Source: Enoplolaimus lenunculus (taxonomy: Eukaryota). Taken from it: a stretch of DNA of 64,000 nt. Location: positions 620,001 through 684,000 of the forward strand of contig JASANG010002509.1 in NCBI GenBank assembly GCA_030248215.1, read 5' to 3'. The position numbers and the translations under genes were made by a program. Shown here piece after piece: positions 12,645-24,400 of this stretch. Below the pieces are notes generated by a model. The model made no database searches. It was not told the DNA's origin and worked only from the letters and a program-made list of their open reading frames with translations. Positions within the stretch are counted from its first letter, which is position 1; each line of letters opens with the position of its first letter.

Positions 12645-12813
12645 GGCCCCTGTATAGAACAGGGCCGGAACAGTAGTATAAGCATATTCATAAGCCTAAG
12701 CGTAAAATAAGCCTATTCCTAAAAGCCTGAGCAAAAAATTTAGCCTAAAGCTTCAATTGATTCTGTTTACAGCCCCTCTGGAAAACGATCCGGCTCTGTT
12801 CTACACATGGGCA
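12645..12813. mobile_element. Merlin-like MITE with internal TTAGGC/GCCTAA repeats (representative of the dominant family)
   Basis: TIR GGCCC.TGTATAGAACAGGGCCGGA with 8-bp TSD GCTTCGTC/GCTTCATC. Related copies at about 2255-2437, 4502-4685, 6283-6576, 26863-27013, 38128-38290, 39878-40062, 40759-40904, 50176-50366, 53046-53268, 54094-54325, 56449-56664, 58065-58250 and 60984-61197. Confidence 0.85.
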
Positions 12814-13645
12814 GCTTCATCTTGTTGCTTGTGGTACAGAATTACCAAAAGATTCGTAAAATACCTAATTTTCACCTCTCTCGGTTCCTGCAAAATTTGT
12901 TGACCTCTTGCCACAGTTTTACCTCCAGTTGCATCCTAGATAAAAACTCACAAAATGTGCTGTTAGACGTCAAGTTAGTTACTTACATATATAAGCAATC
13001 AAAACCCTTAAAGCTGGCCGCTTTTCAAGAATGAAACACACTTTTACTAATAAGACTGATCAGTAAAAATTGACACACGCATAAAACCCAAACTCAATGC
13101 AACAAGATTAACTGCTCTAACTGCTTAGTTATCAAAAATGGCATAGTCCTTGAAACCCATGTTATAATATATAATGGCATGCCCTCTAAGCCTACACATA
13201 ATCCTAAGCCTCCCAGTTACTAAGTCCATGTGAACAAGATAACATAACGTACTTGTGCTAAAGTACTCAGAAAGCTAAAATGAAATGGATGAGCTACCTA
13301 TTACATACAAATTTGGCAGACAAGAATAGTTACTACAAAATGTTGATCGGCCTCTTCAGTTCTCACAATGTGGCACTTATCAACAATTAGTAGTAGTTGT
13401 AGGCTCTTAACTAAGACAGATTGACAGTTACGGAACTAAAATTTAACAGAATAAAATGTATTATGAGTTTAATCCAGCAAATTTTCCAAATTTTGAAACT
13501 CATTATTCTCTAGTTGAGGGTTACATAACTTATCGACAGATAGTGATGATAGGTGCTGCAAACATTTGAGAATACGTGCCCTGGTGTGATACCATTAAAA
13601 ATCTAAAGACTACTTGGATGTTATCACAATCGAAGAACCGTCTTT

Positions 13646-14390
13646 TACTACAAAGCCATCAGTCAGTCTCTTATCAACTACTGCTGCCCCGCCTGGGCGC
13701 CAGTCATCAAGCCCACGCATTGGGAGAAAATGCAGAAAGCGCAGAACACTGCACTCAGAATTGCAACCGGCTGCTATAAGATGTCGGACATCCATGATCT
13801 CCATCGCGAAGCCCAATTCTTGCCCGTCAAGCAGCACACGACCATGCTAGCTCAACAGTACACCCTCATGTGCCATCACCCTGCACACCCATGTCATGAG
13901 CTAACGCGGAGACCCCGACCTCCGAGAGCACGTATAAAACCTGGCATCAACTGTTACAAAGACAACATCGGACACCTGCTTGAAGAAGATGGTACCATCA
14001 ATGATGACCGAGTGAAGAAAGGCATAAAGGCAATTCACACCGATGCAGTTGCAAAAACAATCCGCAATTACAAGATGAATTCGGTTCTCGGCAGAAAACC
14101 TCCAGCAATCAGCGAACAAGAGAAAAACCTACCAAGGAAAACCAGACGGACGCTTGCGCAGCTACGCACTGGATACTGTCGTATCCTCAACTCATACCTG
14201 GCCAAACTTAGCGAAGGAAAAGATCGCTGCCCCCAATGCAACAGTACACCACATGATACAGAGCATCTATTCAACTGCACAAAAAACACCACCAGCCTCA
14301 CTGTGGAAAGTCTGTGGACGGACCCCATAGCCGCTGCAGCGTTCCTCAAGCTCTGACTTGAACACTGACGTTGGCAACAAACAACACAAC
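13646..14390 (+). mobile_element. 5'-truncated non-LTR retrotransposon (LINE, I/Jockey-group-like): RT thumb plus C-terminal CCHC finger, AAC-rich tail
   Basis: Open frame YKAISQSLINYCCPAWAP..WEKMQKAQNTALRIATGC..LAQLRTGYCRILNSYL..CPQCNSTPHDTEHLFNC..LWTDP to stop at 14356. Followed by GCAACAAACAACACAAC. GC content is clearly higher than the flanks. No TSD found. Confidence 0.88.
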
Positions 14391-14562
14391 TAAATTAGGC
14401 AGAAAGCTACTTAAAATTGATAAGTTAAATGCTCCATACAAAGAAATTTTGCAGACAACTTAGCCGCAATAATATTGAAAAAATAATCCACATAAGCTTT
14501 TATATTTTGAAACAAAAGTATTTCTAAATGCGCTAATAAGCACATAGCACACAACGTCTAAA

Positions 14563-17500
14563 TTAAAATCTACTTATATTTTCTGGCGTCCAAGTTTGAT
14601 CTTCATGAATATCATAACATTTCTGGAAACGAACCAGTGCCACCCTCGAAGCCTCCTTTCCTGTCATAATCCATGGATCATACTCCTCAGGCCCGGCTAA
14701 AATAAACCGAAAAGGATGTGGCTCATTGGTCTGTTTTAGATGTTGCTGTCGACCAACAGTAAACCGGCCAGCTTTTTGGTTATTATTAACGTCATCAGCA
14801 GGGCTTTGTGAAGCAGGCTTATTGACATTGTCATTTTCATGCATAGAGTACTCACTTGCTGCTGACGTTTTAATAGTTTCAGACTTTGTTTTTGCATCTA
14901 ACGCACAATTTTCCTCGGATACTACAGCACTACTCAGTTCATTAGTTGCTTCTGAATTGCTAAGCATTGGCTCGAAACGAACAATCCCATCGAATCCAAC
15001 TTTAATTCGATCAATGTCTTCAATAGTGGGTTCACCGTTTGGAAACGTTAACGGTACTACTTTGATTAAATGTTTGATGCGCCACAGAATACCATTGTTG
15101 GCTGGCGTGTTTGCCAAGACACGAATATCATACGCCTGATATTAGAAATTAATCAAAAGCTGTAAAACATCTTTACTTAATACAGCATAGTAACACGCGT
15201 TCTCCAAAACCGCATCATAATACGTGTTGACATTTGTTCGAAGTAAAGCTTAATATATTTTATACGATGCGCCTATTGCTATGCTTAAACATTCCAGAGA
15301 TACAACCAACTGACAAGCACATCAGGTTATGTCCAAAACTGCATATATTTACACCGTTACTAACTTGATAAAGTATACGACTCTTGGCTATTGATTTTGA
15401 TCGTGTTAAGACACTATAGAAGTGACCTTGTCTTAAATACCTTTGGATTAGTTTCACCGAACACCAACTTAACATGTTTTGTAATCCAGCGAGGCTGAGT
15501 TGTCGTATTTTTGATTGTCCAAACAGCCCAAATTTTCGGAGGTTCACCATCCGTCATGAACTTCTGGTCAATTTTGAACGGAAAATCTTTGGGCTCTGCA
15601 CGTCGACTAGCGTAATCGAATTCCCGTTTCGTTGAAGGAATAGGAAATTCATGTTTGGTGTTGCGTTTATACACCCAGCATGCTGAAGTATAAACACCTG
15701 ACGTTATGAATGCATAGGAAATTCTTTCATATGTTGCGTTAAGTAGCAATATTTTTTGCTTGGCCCAGGTTACTTGACACAAATACAAATGAGATGGTTG
15801 AAGTTTTATAAAACATCCAAAAGGACCAAAAGTTAAAATACAGAAGTCAGAACTCTCTTGCCGGAGCTGGATATCCGGTCGCACCACACATGTCACTGAA
15901 AAATTCATTTCAGTTTTCTGTTTTGCAATATTATTGGTGAAATAACCCTAGTTGGAGATAGATATTCACTTTATCTGCTGTATTTTACACTTTCATAATC
16001 CACGGAGGCAAAATTTACCTTCGATGGTTTGTTTTCGGCGATTGTCAAGGTTTATATATTATGCGAATGAAATCTATTTAATTTTTATAGTCAATTTTAG
16101 TAAAATATCTTAATTTCCACCTACCAAATTTTAATACTGGAATTTTTAATTCGGGTGAAAATTTACCGGAACCGGAAGGTGAAAAAATGTCGAAACCGGA
16201 ATTCCGGTTGCACCCTGCCTGCTATGTTTCTATCGGCGTCTGCTCAATTTGACTGCATCATGCAAGATTCGGATTTGGATTCGGCAAATTAGCAATGGAT
16301 TCAGAGTCGGTCAAGTCGTAAATTCGGTGCCACCCTGCTTAATATACAAAGGTACGTATACTTTCCTGCGACTAATATCCGTCAAACTAGAATAGTAAAC
16401 CAGCGTATTGTTTATCACCAGTCGTAGTGGGACTACATTTATTGAGCGAAACTCGAACGCACGTAAGCAATTAAGGTAATATGCAAATTAGTTGTTAGCT
16501 AATTATTCATTTATCGGTTTTGGAGGTTTGTAAGCAATTTCCTCAGATTCCTCGCACCCAAAAACCCTTCAGCCACTCTATAATTTTTGGAATAATTTAA
16601 AAAGTCCTAATTTTGTCTTGTCAATTAAGCTAATATGCAAATTAGTTATTAGCTAACTATTCGATTATCGGTTTTGGAGGTTTGTAAACAATTTATTCAG
16701 ATTCTTCGCACCAAAAAACCCTTTAGTGCTGAAATTATATTGCTTTTAACCTTAATAATTAGTGAAATATTGTAAAAAGTCCTAATTTAGGCTTATAAAC
16801 TATGCTAATATGCAAATTATCTATTAGCTAACTGCTCAATTATCGGTTTTGGAGGTTTGTAAATAGTCTACGCAGGTTTCTCGCACCAAAAACCCTTTAA
16901 TGCTAAAATTAGATTGCTTAAAACTGTAATAATCAGTGAAATATTGTGGAAAGTCCTAATTTAGGCTTAATTAATTATGGAAATTAGCCTCTAGCTAATA
17001 AACGGCTTAAAATTTTAAAACCCCAATGCGAGGTTATCACCCCAGGATAATTGGCTTTCAAACAAAAAAAGTGTACCAAAATCGGTTCAGCCGTTCCTGA
17101 GATTCTTTTCGGACGGACATCCACCTTTCGACCCCAATTTCAAAACATAAAACGCTTCGCGAAACTCCGAGCTTCGCTCGGAGTTTCGCTTCGCTCAAAA
17201 ATCGTGAGTCACGCGAATGATACAAAATTTTATAGTAAAAATTAGCCTATAAATGTACTTTTGTGCATGCAAGGCTAGATACTTGTAGCTACAAAGCTTA
17301 CAAACAACCAATGTCAAAAAATCTTTGTTAATTTAACAACACCATTATATTTCGATTGGACACCGTGAAAATTAAAAATGAAAACACAAAATGATAAAAT
17401 TAATTACAAAATGAAAACAATTGAGTAATTTCAGCATAACTGCGAGTGTAACTATCAATACTGGAGCGGGCTTTCAGAAATGTGCAGCGATTTTCCCGTA

Positions 17501-17658
17501 AATTTTCACCGGGTCTCAAAAGAAAAAACATCACAAAAAAGCCAGAATTGTTTATCAAGTAGGTATGCAATAATAGCTCTAACAAACTAGCGCGTTTTAT
17601 GAAATATATATTTCTGAAGAACAGTGAAGACTAACTTACCTCTCACTACTCGTGCCAT
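14563..17658 (-). CDS. MRPL30: Mitochondrial ribosomal protein L30 (uL30m), about 282 aa; exons 17658-17640, 15697-15441, 15135-14563
   Basis: PPKIWAVWTIKNTTTQPRWITKHVKLVFG and NTPANNGILWRIKHLIKVVPLTFPNGEP match the uL30m pattern (R..W.K..; N.P..N..L..KHLI...P...P.G.P). First exon aaaATGGCACGAGTAGTGAGAG|GTAAGT has a consensus donor, joins in phase 1, and gives the basic N-terminus MARVVRGVYTSACWVYKR. Confidence 0.85.
16441..17201 (+). mobile_element. Helentron-associated (HINE/DINE-1-like) non-autonomous rolling-circle element in MRPL30 intron 1
   Basis: 5' TTGAGCGAAACTC is inverted at the 3' end. Perfect 14-bp hairpin GCGAAACTCCGAGC-TTC-GCTCGGAGTTTCGC at 17159-17189. AAAATCGGTTCAGCCGTT..GAGAT..GGACGGACA core. 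Three internal ~150-175-bp tandem units start at 16478, 16631 and 16806. A degenerate relative lies near 22640-22780. Confidence 0.7.
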
Positions 17659-17959
17659 TTTAAAAGCACTAAATAGCCGGCCAGTGTTTATATTAGCAAG
17701 AACAAGCGTTTGGCATTGTATATCGGTCGCAATTTAAAAATAGTAACGCTTGTTACATACTTAGAGGGATTCTTTGTTGTATAAATAACGATTAAGGACC
17801 GCAGCTGTGAGACAATATACTGCTAAAGATCATTCTAGTAGTATTGATATAAAGTAATAGCAAAAATACGTAGGTTTGTCTTTACGCCATGGAGAAGACT
17901 AAAGAACAAACAGGATGAAAATGATAGTTACCGTAGTGACCTTGATGCACGGTTTTTGA

Positions 17960-18084
17960 CAGTCCGGTTAGGTTCGATCAGGCGATCTAACCATTTGTCT
18001 AGCTGGAAAAGTCGAGGTGGGGTGGGTTCAGCTTTTCAAGCTATGGATCTTTAGGCAAGCGCTCTACCACTAAGCCTTGCAGCT
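17960..18084 (-). mobile_element. Degenerate tRNA-derived SINE head
   Basis: Reverse complement AGCTGCAAGGCTTAGTGGTAGAGCGC..., A-box-like, followed by a TTTTCCAGCT segment shared with the neighbouring SINEs. Confidence 0.5.
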
Positions 18085-18259
18085 GCTTGTAGCTAAGTAG
18101 ACACGCATATACACAGCCAAAAGCGAAAAGCATACTATATAGTCCAATGTATCAAGCTTTTTCACAAGCTTACACCTTTATTTTTTCTGTGTGCAATATG
18201 CATTTCGCAAGCAAATTTAACGCTGTTTAAAAATAACCAGGATTATATTTTTCTTCAAA

Positions 18260-18634
18260 AACTAGATTTCGTGATTGGATACCATTCAGTTCGGCATTTC
18301 TCCGCTGGAACCTCCGTCGTGCTAGGGCATCCGGACCCTTTATGAAAACCAAACAACGGGCCCTTAGAAGTGGCGAATTACTCGTTTTTGATGGTGAATC
18401 CGTGCTTGGTCAAGCTTCATTCTCGCGGTTTGATTCCGAGGTCTACCTTTACAGTTATCATCAACGCCGTCTAAATTTTTGCTGATAGAATGCATGAAAC
18501 GGACTGTTAGTCTAAGTAGGAACCGGGACTTCAGACCCTTAACCAAGCAGGTGGAAAAGCGGGCCTGCAAAGTGGGGATCAAGCTCTCAGCCTATGATCC
18601 TTAAGCGATCACTCTACCACTGCGCCACGCAGCC
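18260..18634 (-). mobile_element. tRNA-derived SINE
   Basis: Reverse complement begins GGCTGCGTGGCGCAGTGGTAGAGT (A box), has a degenerate B box (GCTTGATCCC), then a GC-richer body of roughly 300 bp. The 3' end is approximate. Confidence 0.6.
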
Positions 18635-18833
18635 TGCCTGTTCAACTATATGTGTCGACCGTATGCTACCGGCGAGCATACTACAAAGTCTGCATTGCAT
18701 ATGTTGCATATGCACCAGGACAAGCATGTTTCACATGCTTACATGGACCAAGTCGTCCGCTACTGAGCATAATCTGAAGAAGCTAGCCACACAACTGTCT
18801 TCCTCAATTAAATTACTTCAATATGGATTATAT

Positions 18834-19900
18834 ATGTGACATGCGGATGCATGGAGGAAAATAATAACCTCATGCTGATGCTGTACATCGGTAAAAACAC
18901 TGCTGCACATGTAGTGCCTTCATATGCAGCAGCAGTAAAACATTGAAGAACCAAGATACAGGTGTATAATGTTGAGGTTCTTATAAGGCATAAAAACAGA
19001 AAAACTGAGCAGTTGATTGTGAGGCGGCGTGGCTCAGTGGATAGCGCGCTGGACTGAAAATCTGTCGATCCGAGTTCGAAACCAATTGGGAGCGTCCCTC
19101 ATTTTCAGCTGCTGAGAACTAAAAAACTGAAAAACTGTCGTATCCTAAACTACCCAACTTATCACATGGTGACCACGATGGGACCGCAATGGCAAACTGC
19201 CGCGGTAGAACCCAATACATAAGTTGGCGGTCAAGGGACGACCTTGTAGAAAAACCGGGGGATGTGACATGCGGATGCATGGAGGCAAATAATAACCTCA
19301 TGCTGATGCTGTACATCGGTAAAAACACTGCTGCATTGAAGAACCAAGATACAGGTGTATAATGTTGAGGTTCTTATAAGGCATAAAAACAGAAAAACTG
19401 AGCAGTTGATTGTGAGGCGGCGTGGCTCAGTGGATAGCGCGCTGGACTCGAACAATCAAAGTGGCGATCAAGGGACGACCTTTAGAAAAACTGGAAAACT
19501 GACATCGGATGCATGAAACTACCCAACCTTATGCACGCAAACTGCCCGGTAAAAACACTGCTGCATACATAAGTTGGCGGTCAAGGGACGACCTTGTAGA
19601 AAAACCGGGGGATGTGACATGCGGATGCATGGAGGCAAATAATAACCTCATGCTGATGCTGTACATCGGTAAAAACACTGCTGCATATGTAGTGCCTTCA
19701 TATGCAGCAGCAGTAAAACATTGAAGAACCAAGATACAGGTGTATAATGTTGAGGTTCTTATAAGGCATAAAAACAGAAAAACTGAGCAGTTGATTGTGA
19801 GGCGGCGTGGCTCAGTGGATAGCGCGCTGGACTGAAAATCTGTCGATCCGAACTAAAAAACTGAAAAACTGTCGTATCCTAAACTACCCAAACTTATCAC
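18834..19900 (+). repeat. Tandem array of a tRNA-derived SINE plus spacer (about 350-430-bp units, roughly 2.5-3 copies)
   Basis: Head GGCGGCGTGGCTCAGTGGATAGCGCGCTGGACT starts at 19023, ~19415 and 19801. The first copy has B box GAGTTCGAAACC. The body ends GGAGGCAAATAATAA. Shared blocks are near-identical. Confidence 0.8.
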
Positions 19901-21458
19901 AATATATACAGGTTCCTTTACAATTTTTACGTAATCAACAATATTCGTAAGAAAGCGAACGATCATGACAGGGGCCAAAATCCTTTTTTCAAATTTTTTA
20001 GTTTGCTATTGATTTTGTTTTCTAACACCGCTTCCCAACCGGAGGATTCGGGGGCGCTAAGTACTGCTACAACCGCCCGTAACAAAGTTGCTACAAAACA
20101 TTGCAAAAAACGAAACTGCTATTTTGTGCATAAATTAACGAAACTGCCATCTCGTACATAAATTATTACTGGCTAAGTAAATACCGTTATATGTCTGTAT
20201 GCGACCTTTTAATTTTAACTGATCATGATATCTGTGGACCTGCTATCCACACATTTTGAATAACCAAAACTAATAGTAAACAAACCTACGCTATACTTAA
20301 CGTAAACAGAGTTTTTAAGTTGTTGTGCATACAAGTATCAATTTCTATTAAACAAGATTTACTGAATTTTGTAACTAAACATAATTTACGGAATTGTGCA
20401 AGTTAAATCATTTATATTCTAGAAAAATACATTGTCATGTTGCAACGATTAAGTAATGCGCTTATTTCCCGCAAAGCAAAAGTATAATACAATGAGGAAA
20501 AGTGACAACTTATAGCCATTCCTACCCTTGCTTTCTTTTAATGTTGTACACATTAATCGCTAAGCTAAACAATCAAGGTTTCTTTGCAAGAAATTATGGA
20601 AGAATATATTTAAGGATGAATAGGAATGTTACGCTAGTTGCGCAGTGTGACCGACAGTTCCAGGCAGGGTGAGGTATTGTCGCGCAATTCCTGGTTGCCA
20701 TAAATGTTTTCAGGCCCTGAATCAAAGTCGTTGCTAAGTGTACAGAATTAGCGTTATCGCACGTTACCTGTTGTATAACCACAAAAACGCTTCAAGATTA
20801 GAATGTGTTTGCGCTGATAGTTCAAAAATATCTATTTAAGTGATATTGTAACAAATAAGTGCAGTTTTCTTTGGCTCCATTAGCGATGTGACTATCAAAA
20901 TTTTTGCCGATACCGATGCCTATTTTTATTTTCAAAATATGCCGATGGCAAAGCCGACGCTGATTCCAAGTTTAATGATGCTTAGAAACAGATGCGATAC
21001 AACATTACATCGTTATAAATGCTAACACTTAAACCCGAAACAACCATGAAACATAATTTCATGAGAACGACTCATTTCAATTTTTTTACACAGACGCCAG
21101 AGATATAAAAGTGTCAGATCAGACGCACCAGTATGTACCAACAGATAAACTGATAGCATTCCAACTCATTGTTACCTATGAACAAAAAGTATCGACAAAG
21201 AATTGGCTATTTTTTCCAGTGCCGACGCCGGTACTAATGAAAAGTGTGGCTATACCGATGTTGATTAATCGGGTCATCCCTACTCCGCATCCCAACTCCT
21301 AATTTTGTTCTGTTTGCTTTATTGACAGTTTCAATTGTTTTGTTTAGGGTTTAGCAAGTACAGTAAAAAAGAACTGATTAGTCGAGTGGCCTACTAGTAT
21401 TTGTTTTAAAGACGTGTTTTTCTAAAACAGAGCTAATAGATTTGCGCTTATCGCAACA

Positions 21459-24400
21459 ATGCCTGTAAAAGAAAACGGCGTTGCAAACGACCAGTCGCTG
21501 CTACCCGGCATGGAAAGTTTAGATCCTGAGGACCCGGAGTATCAAAAGGAGCTGCAGCGCCCTGTCGCTATAAAAGTTAGTTCAGTATGAATGGTTACTT
21601 TTCTTGTAACGACATTCATTTCAGCGTTTGCATTTTTATTTTTAAAGTATGGAATCTCTATGTGGACTCTTGACTTTTGTTTCAATAACTAAATAAATAC
21701 GTACTATACGTAGCACAAGTGATATGTATTCACTGGGGTGCAACCGTAATCCTGGTTCCGGCATTTTTTCTCCTTCTGGTTCCGGTACATTTTTACCGGA
21801 ACTATAAATTCCGCTATTAAAATTTGGTCGGTTAAAATTAATATATTTTACTGAAAAATGACGATCAAAATTAATTTTGTGTCAAGATATATGTATAATA
21901 TATACCAGTATACTTTTTGAGTTTCAAAGCATGTGTGGTGTTTTCATTTAAGGAGGATCTGAGTGAAATGGAACGCCGTCAACGAGTGCGTCAAATCCTT
22001 GAGTCTGCGTCGTTTAGAGAGGAACTTGAGGACTTGGTGCTTACTGACAAGCAAGTTGGGGAAGAGTTGTTGCATCTACAGCAACAACAAGCGGTTGGTT
22101 CTGCTGTTGCTAAAAGTGGCGGTTTAGCTTCTCTGAAAGCATTACAACAGTTATCGGAGTTAATTTTACCGCCGTCACAAGTCGCCGCTGTAACCGCTGC
22201 AAATACTGCTGGTAAATAGAATTTTTTCATTTGTTTGAAAAAATTGTTTCCCACCTACACTCAATTGTTACGTTTTTTCGGCACAGTAAATCAGTTGTTT
22301 GTTGCCAGTCGTAGGGTAATTACGTTTCTTGAGCAAAACTCGCCTACTTTTACATTCCAAAGTTGGACGCTTTTGTGTTTCCCGTGCTTGAAAACCCTAG
22401 CTGATATGCTAATTAATGATGAGCTAAAACAAACAAATATCCGTTTTATAGATTAATAAACACTTTATACAAATGCCTGGTCTTCAAAACCTTTTAATAC
22501 TGAAATCAGATCGTTTATAAACGTAATAATTCTGCGATATAATGTGAAATGTCTTTAAACTTACATAAATACGCAAATTAGGGTGTAGCCAATCAGCTGT
22601 TTTAAATTTTAAGACCCGATTGCAAAGTTAGCATTTAATCCTCAAATTAATAAGTTGTCAAATAAAAAAGTTCGTCAAACCCGTTCCACGATTCCCGAGA
22701 TTCGTGTTTGACTGACGGACAGACGGTCATTCACCTTTCAACGCCCGAGCAAGCACAAAACATAAACGTTTGGTGAGTGAAGTTTATGTGACTTTTACTT
22801 TTAGCCTATTTGCGACTTAGCTTATTTCCTGCGCTTTCAGGGACAAAAACCGTCATTCCAGTCGCTGATCTAAAGGGATCAGATGCCGCTAAGTATTCAA
22901 AACAGGAACGTTTTGCACGCAATAAACTGGCAGCAATGTGCCGCTTGGTTGATCTGTTTCGGTGGTCCCAGGGTATCAACAATAATGTTTCTGTAAGAAA
23001 TAAAACTTTTCGTTTTTGTTGACATTATTGAACTTGGCACCTGAAGACATGAAACCCACTTGTTATTAAGTATTTAGTTATGCGTATTTTACTGACCTTC
23101 GGCAACGGCTATAATCTTTATTCTGTTACTAAGTAAGTAACCGAGGCTGGTAGGTATGTGTTGTTTTGTGTTTGCGCAGAAGATCTGTAGCACGTATTAT
23201 TTTTAGCTACGTGTCAGCGATGAATCAAGCGAAATATTAATGAACCCATTTGGTCTTCTCTTTCACGAAATCACTGCCAGTTCGCTAATTAAACTCGATC
23301 TGACGGTGAGTTCGGAATTTAATGTTTGTGAAAAATAAAAGCGTGAAAGAGTATATAGAAATGTTTTTACCACGCGGTTGACTGAATGACACCTGATTTT
23401 TAGATTGGACACTTTACGAACATTTAGGTGGTTGAAAATTGTTGGAAATAACAGGTCTGTTGTTAAAGACTAAAGTTTTGTTGTTAAAGACTAAAGATTT
23501 GTCTCTAGTTGCATAAATTTAGCTATAGCAGTTTTTAGCACAATCTTAATAATTTGCATCATCGCGACACCTAATTATCTGATTTAACCATAACTGAACT
23601 GAAGGTTAATTTCGTCATGTAGTTGAGGAATTTTGACATGTAGGAAACGGCAAACCAAAAACCTCGCAATGTGTAGTTCACAGTGCTTTTAATTATGTCT
23701 ACGGGAACTGGTTGATTGCTTAATAATATGCAAATGTTAGCATAGTGTCTCAAAATTATTGTATATACATTTAAAAACTTTTTTATGTTAGGGAACCGTA
23801 CACGACTGTGGTAATTCGGGGCTCAGCGTTGACGCAAATGGTATGCATCTTCATTGTGCGTTGTATAACGGGCGACGTGACATTCGGTGTATTTTGCATT
23901 TGCACAATCCTGTTGTTGATGCGGTCAGTTTGCGCTCTTATTACGCAGCTTTATTGTTTAAAACGAATGTAATGAATAACAGGGAGGTATTTATTTGCGT
24001 AGATATTTGCTTGCATGTTTTGAATTGGTAGATATTAAGTTGGCTTGCAAAGATGATCTTAGTACATGCTTGCCACAGTTGGAACCTTTTAAGACTTACT
24101 GAGCTATTTTCGTTTTAGTACGTTGTGATTGCTTTTTAGTTTTTACAGAACGGGGTCGGTTTGTACTACTATACCTCAGAAACTTATATTTATTGCAATA
24201 TATGTGTGAGCAATTTCTTATGAGTATGACATCTATTACGCTAATTGAACAACTAGTATATATTACAGGTGGCAGCAATGAAATGTGGCCTTCTTCCAAT
24301 CAGCCAAGAAGCGTTACAGCTGGGTCCAGTATCCAGTCACGATTTTTGTGGCCCTGCCTCTGATAAAACGGAACAAGACGCACTTGCGCGTGATTTGGGA

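Noticed and set aside
15774..15816. Alternative MRPL30 first exon (MFYKTSTISFVFVS)
   Set aside because: It is in phase, but its donor (A|GTAACC) and start context are weaker than those of the 17658-17640 exon. It cannot be fully excluded.
19023..19098. Functional tRNA gene (GAA anticodon loop)
   Set aside because: The acceptor and T stems pair poorly, and the sequence continues into a SINE-like body.
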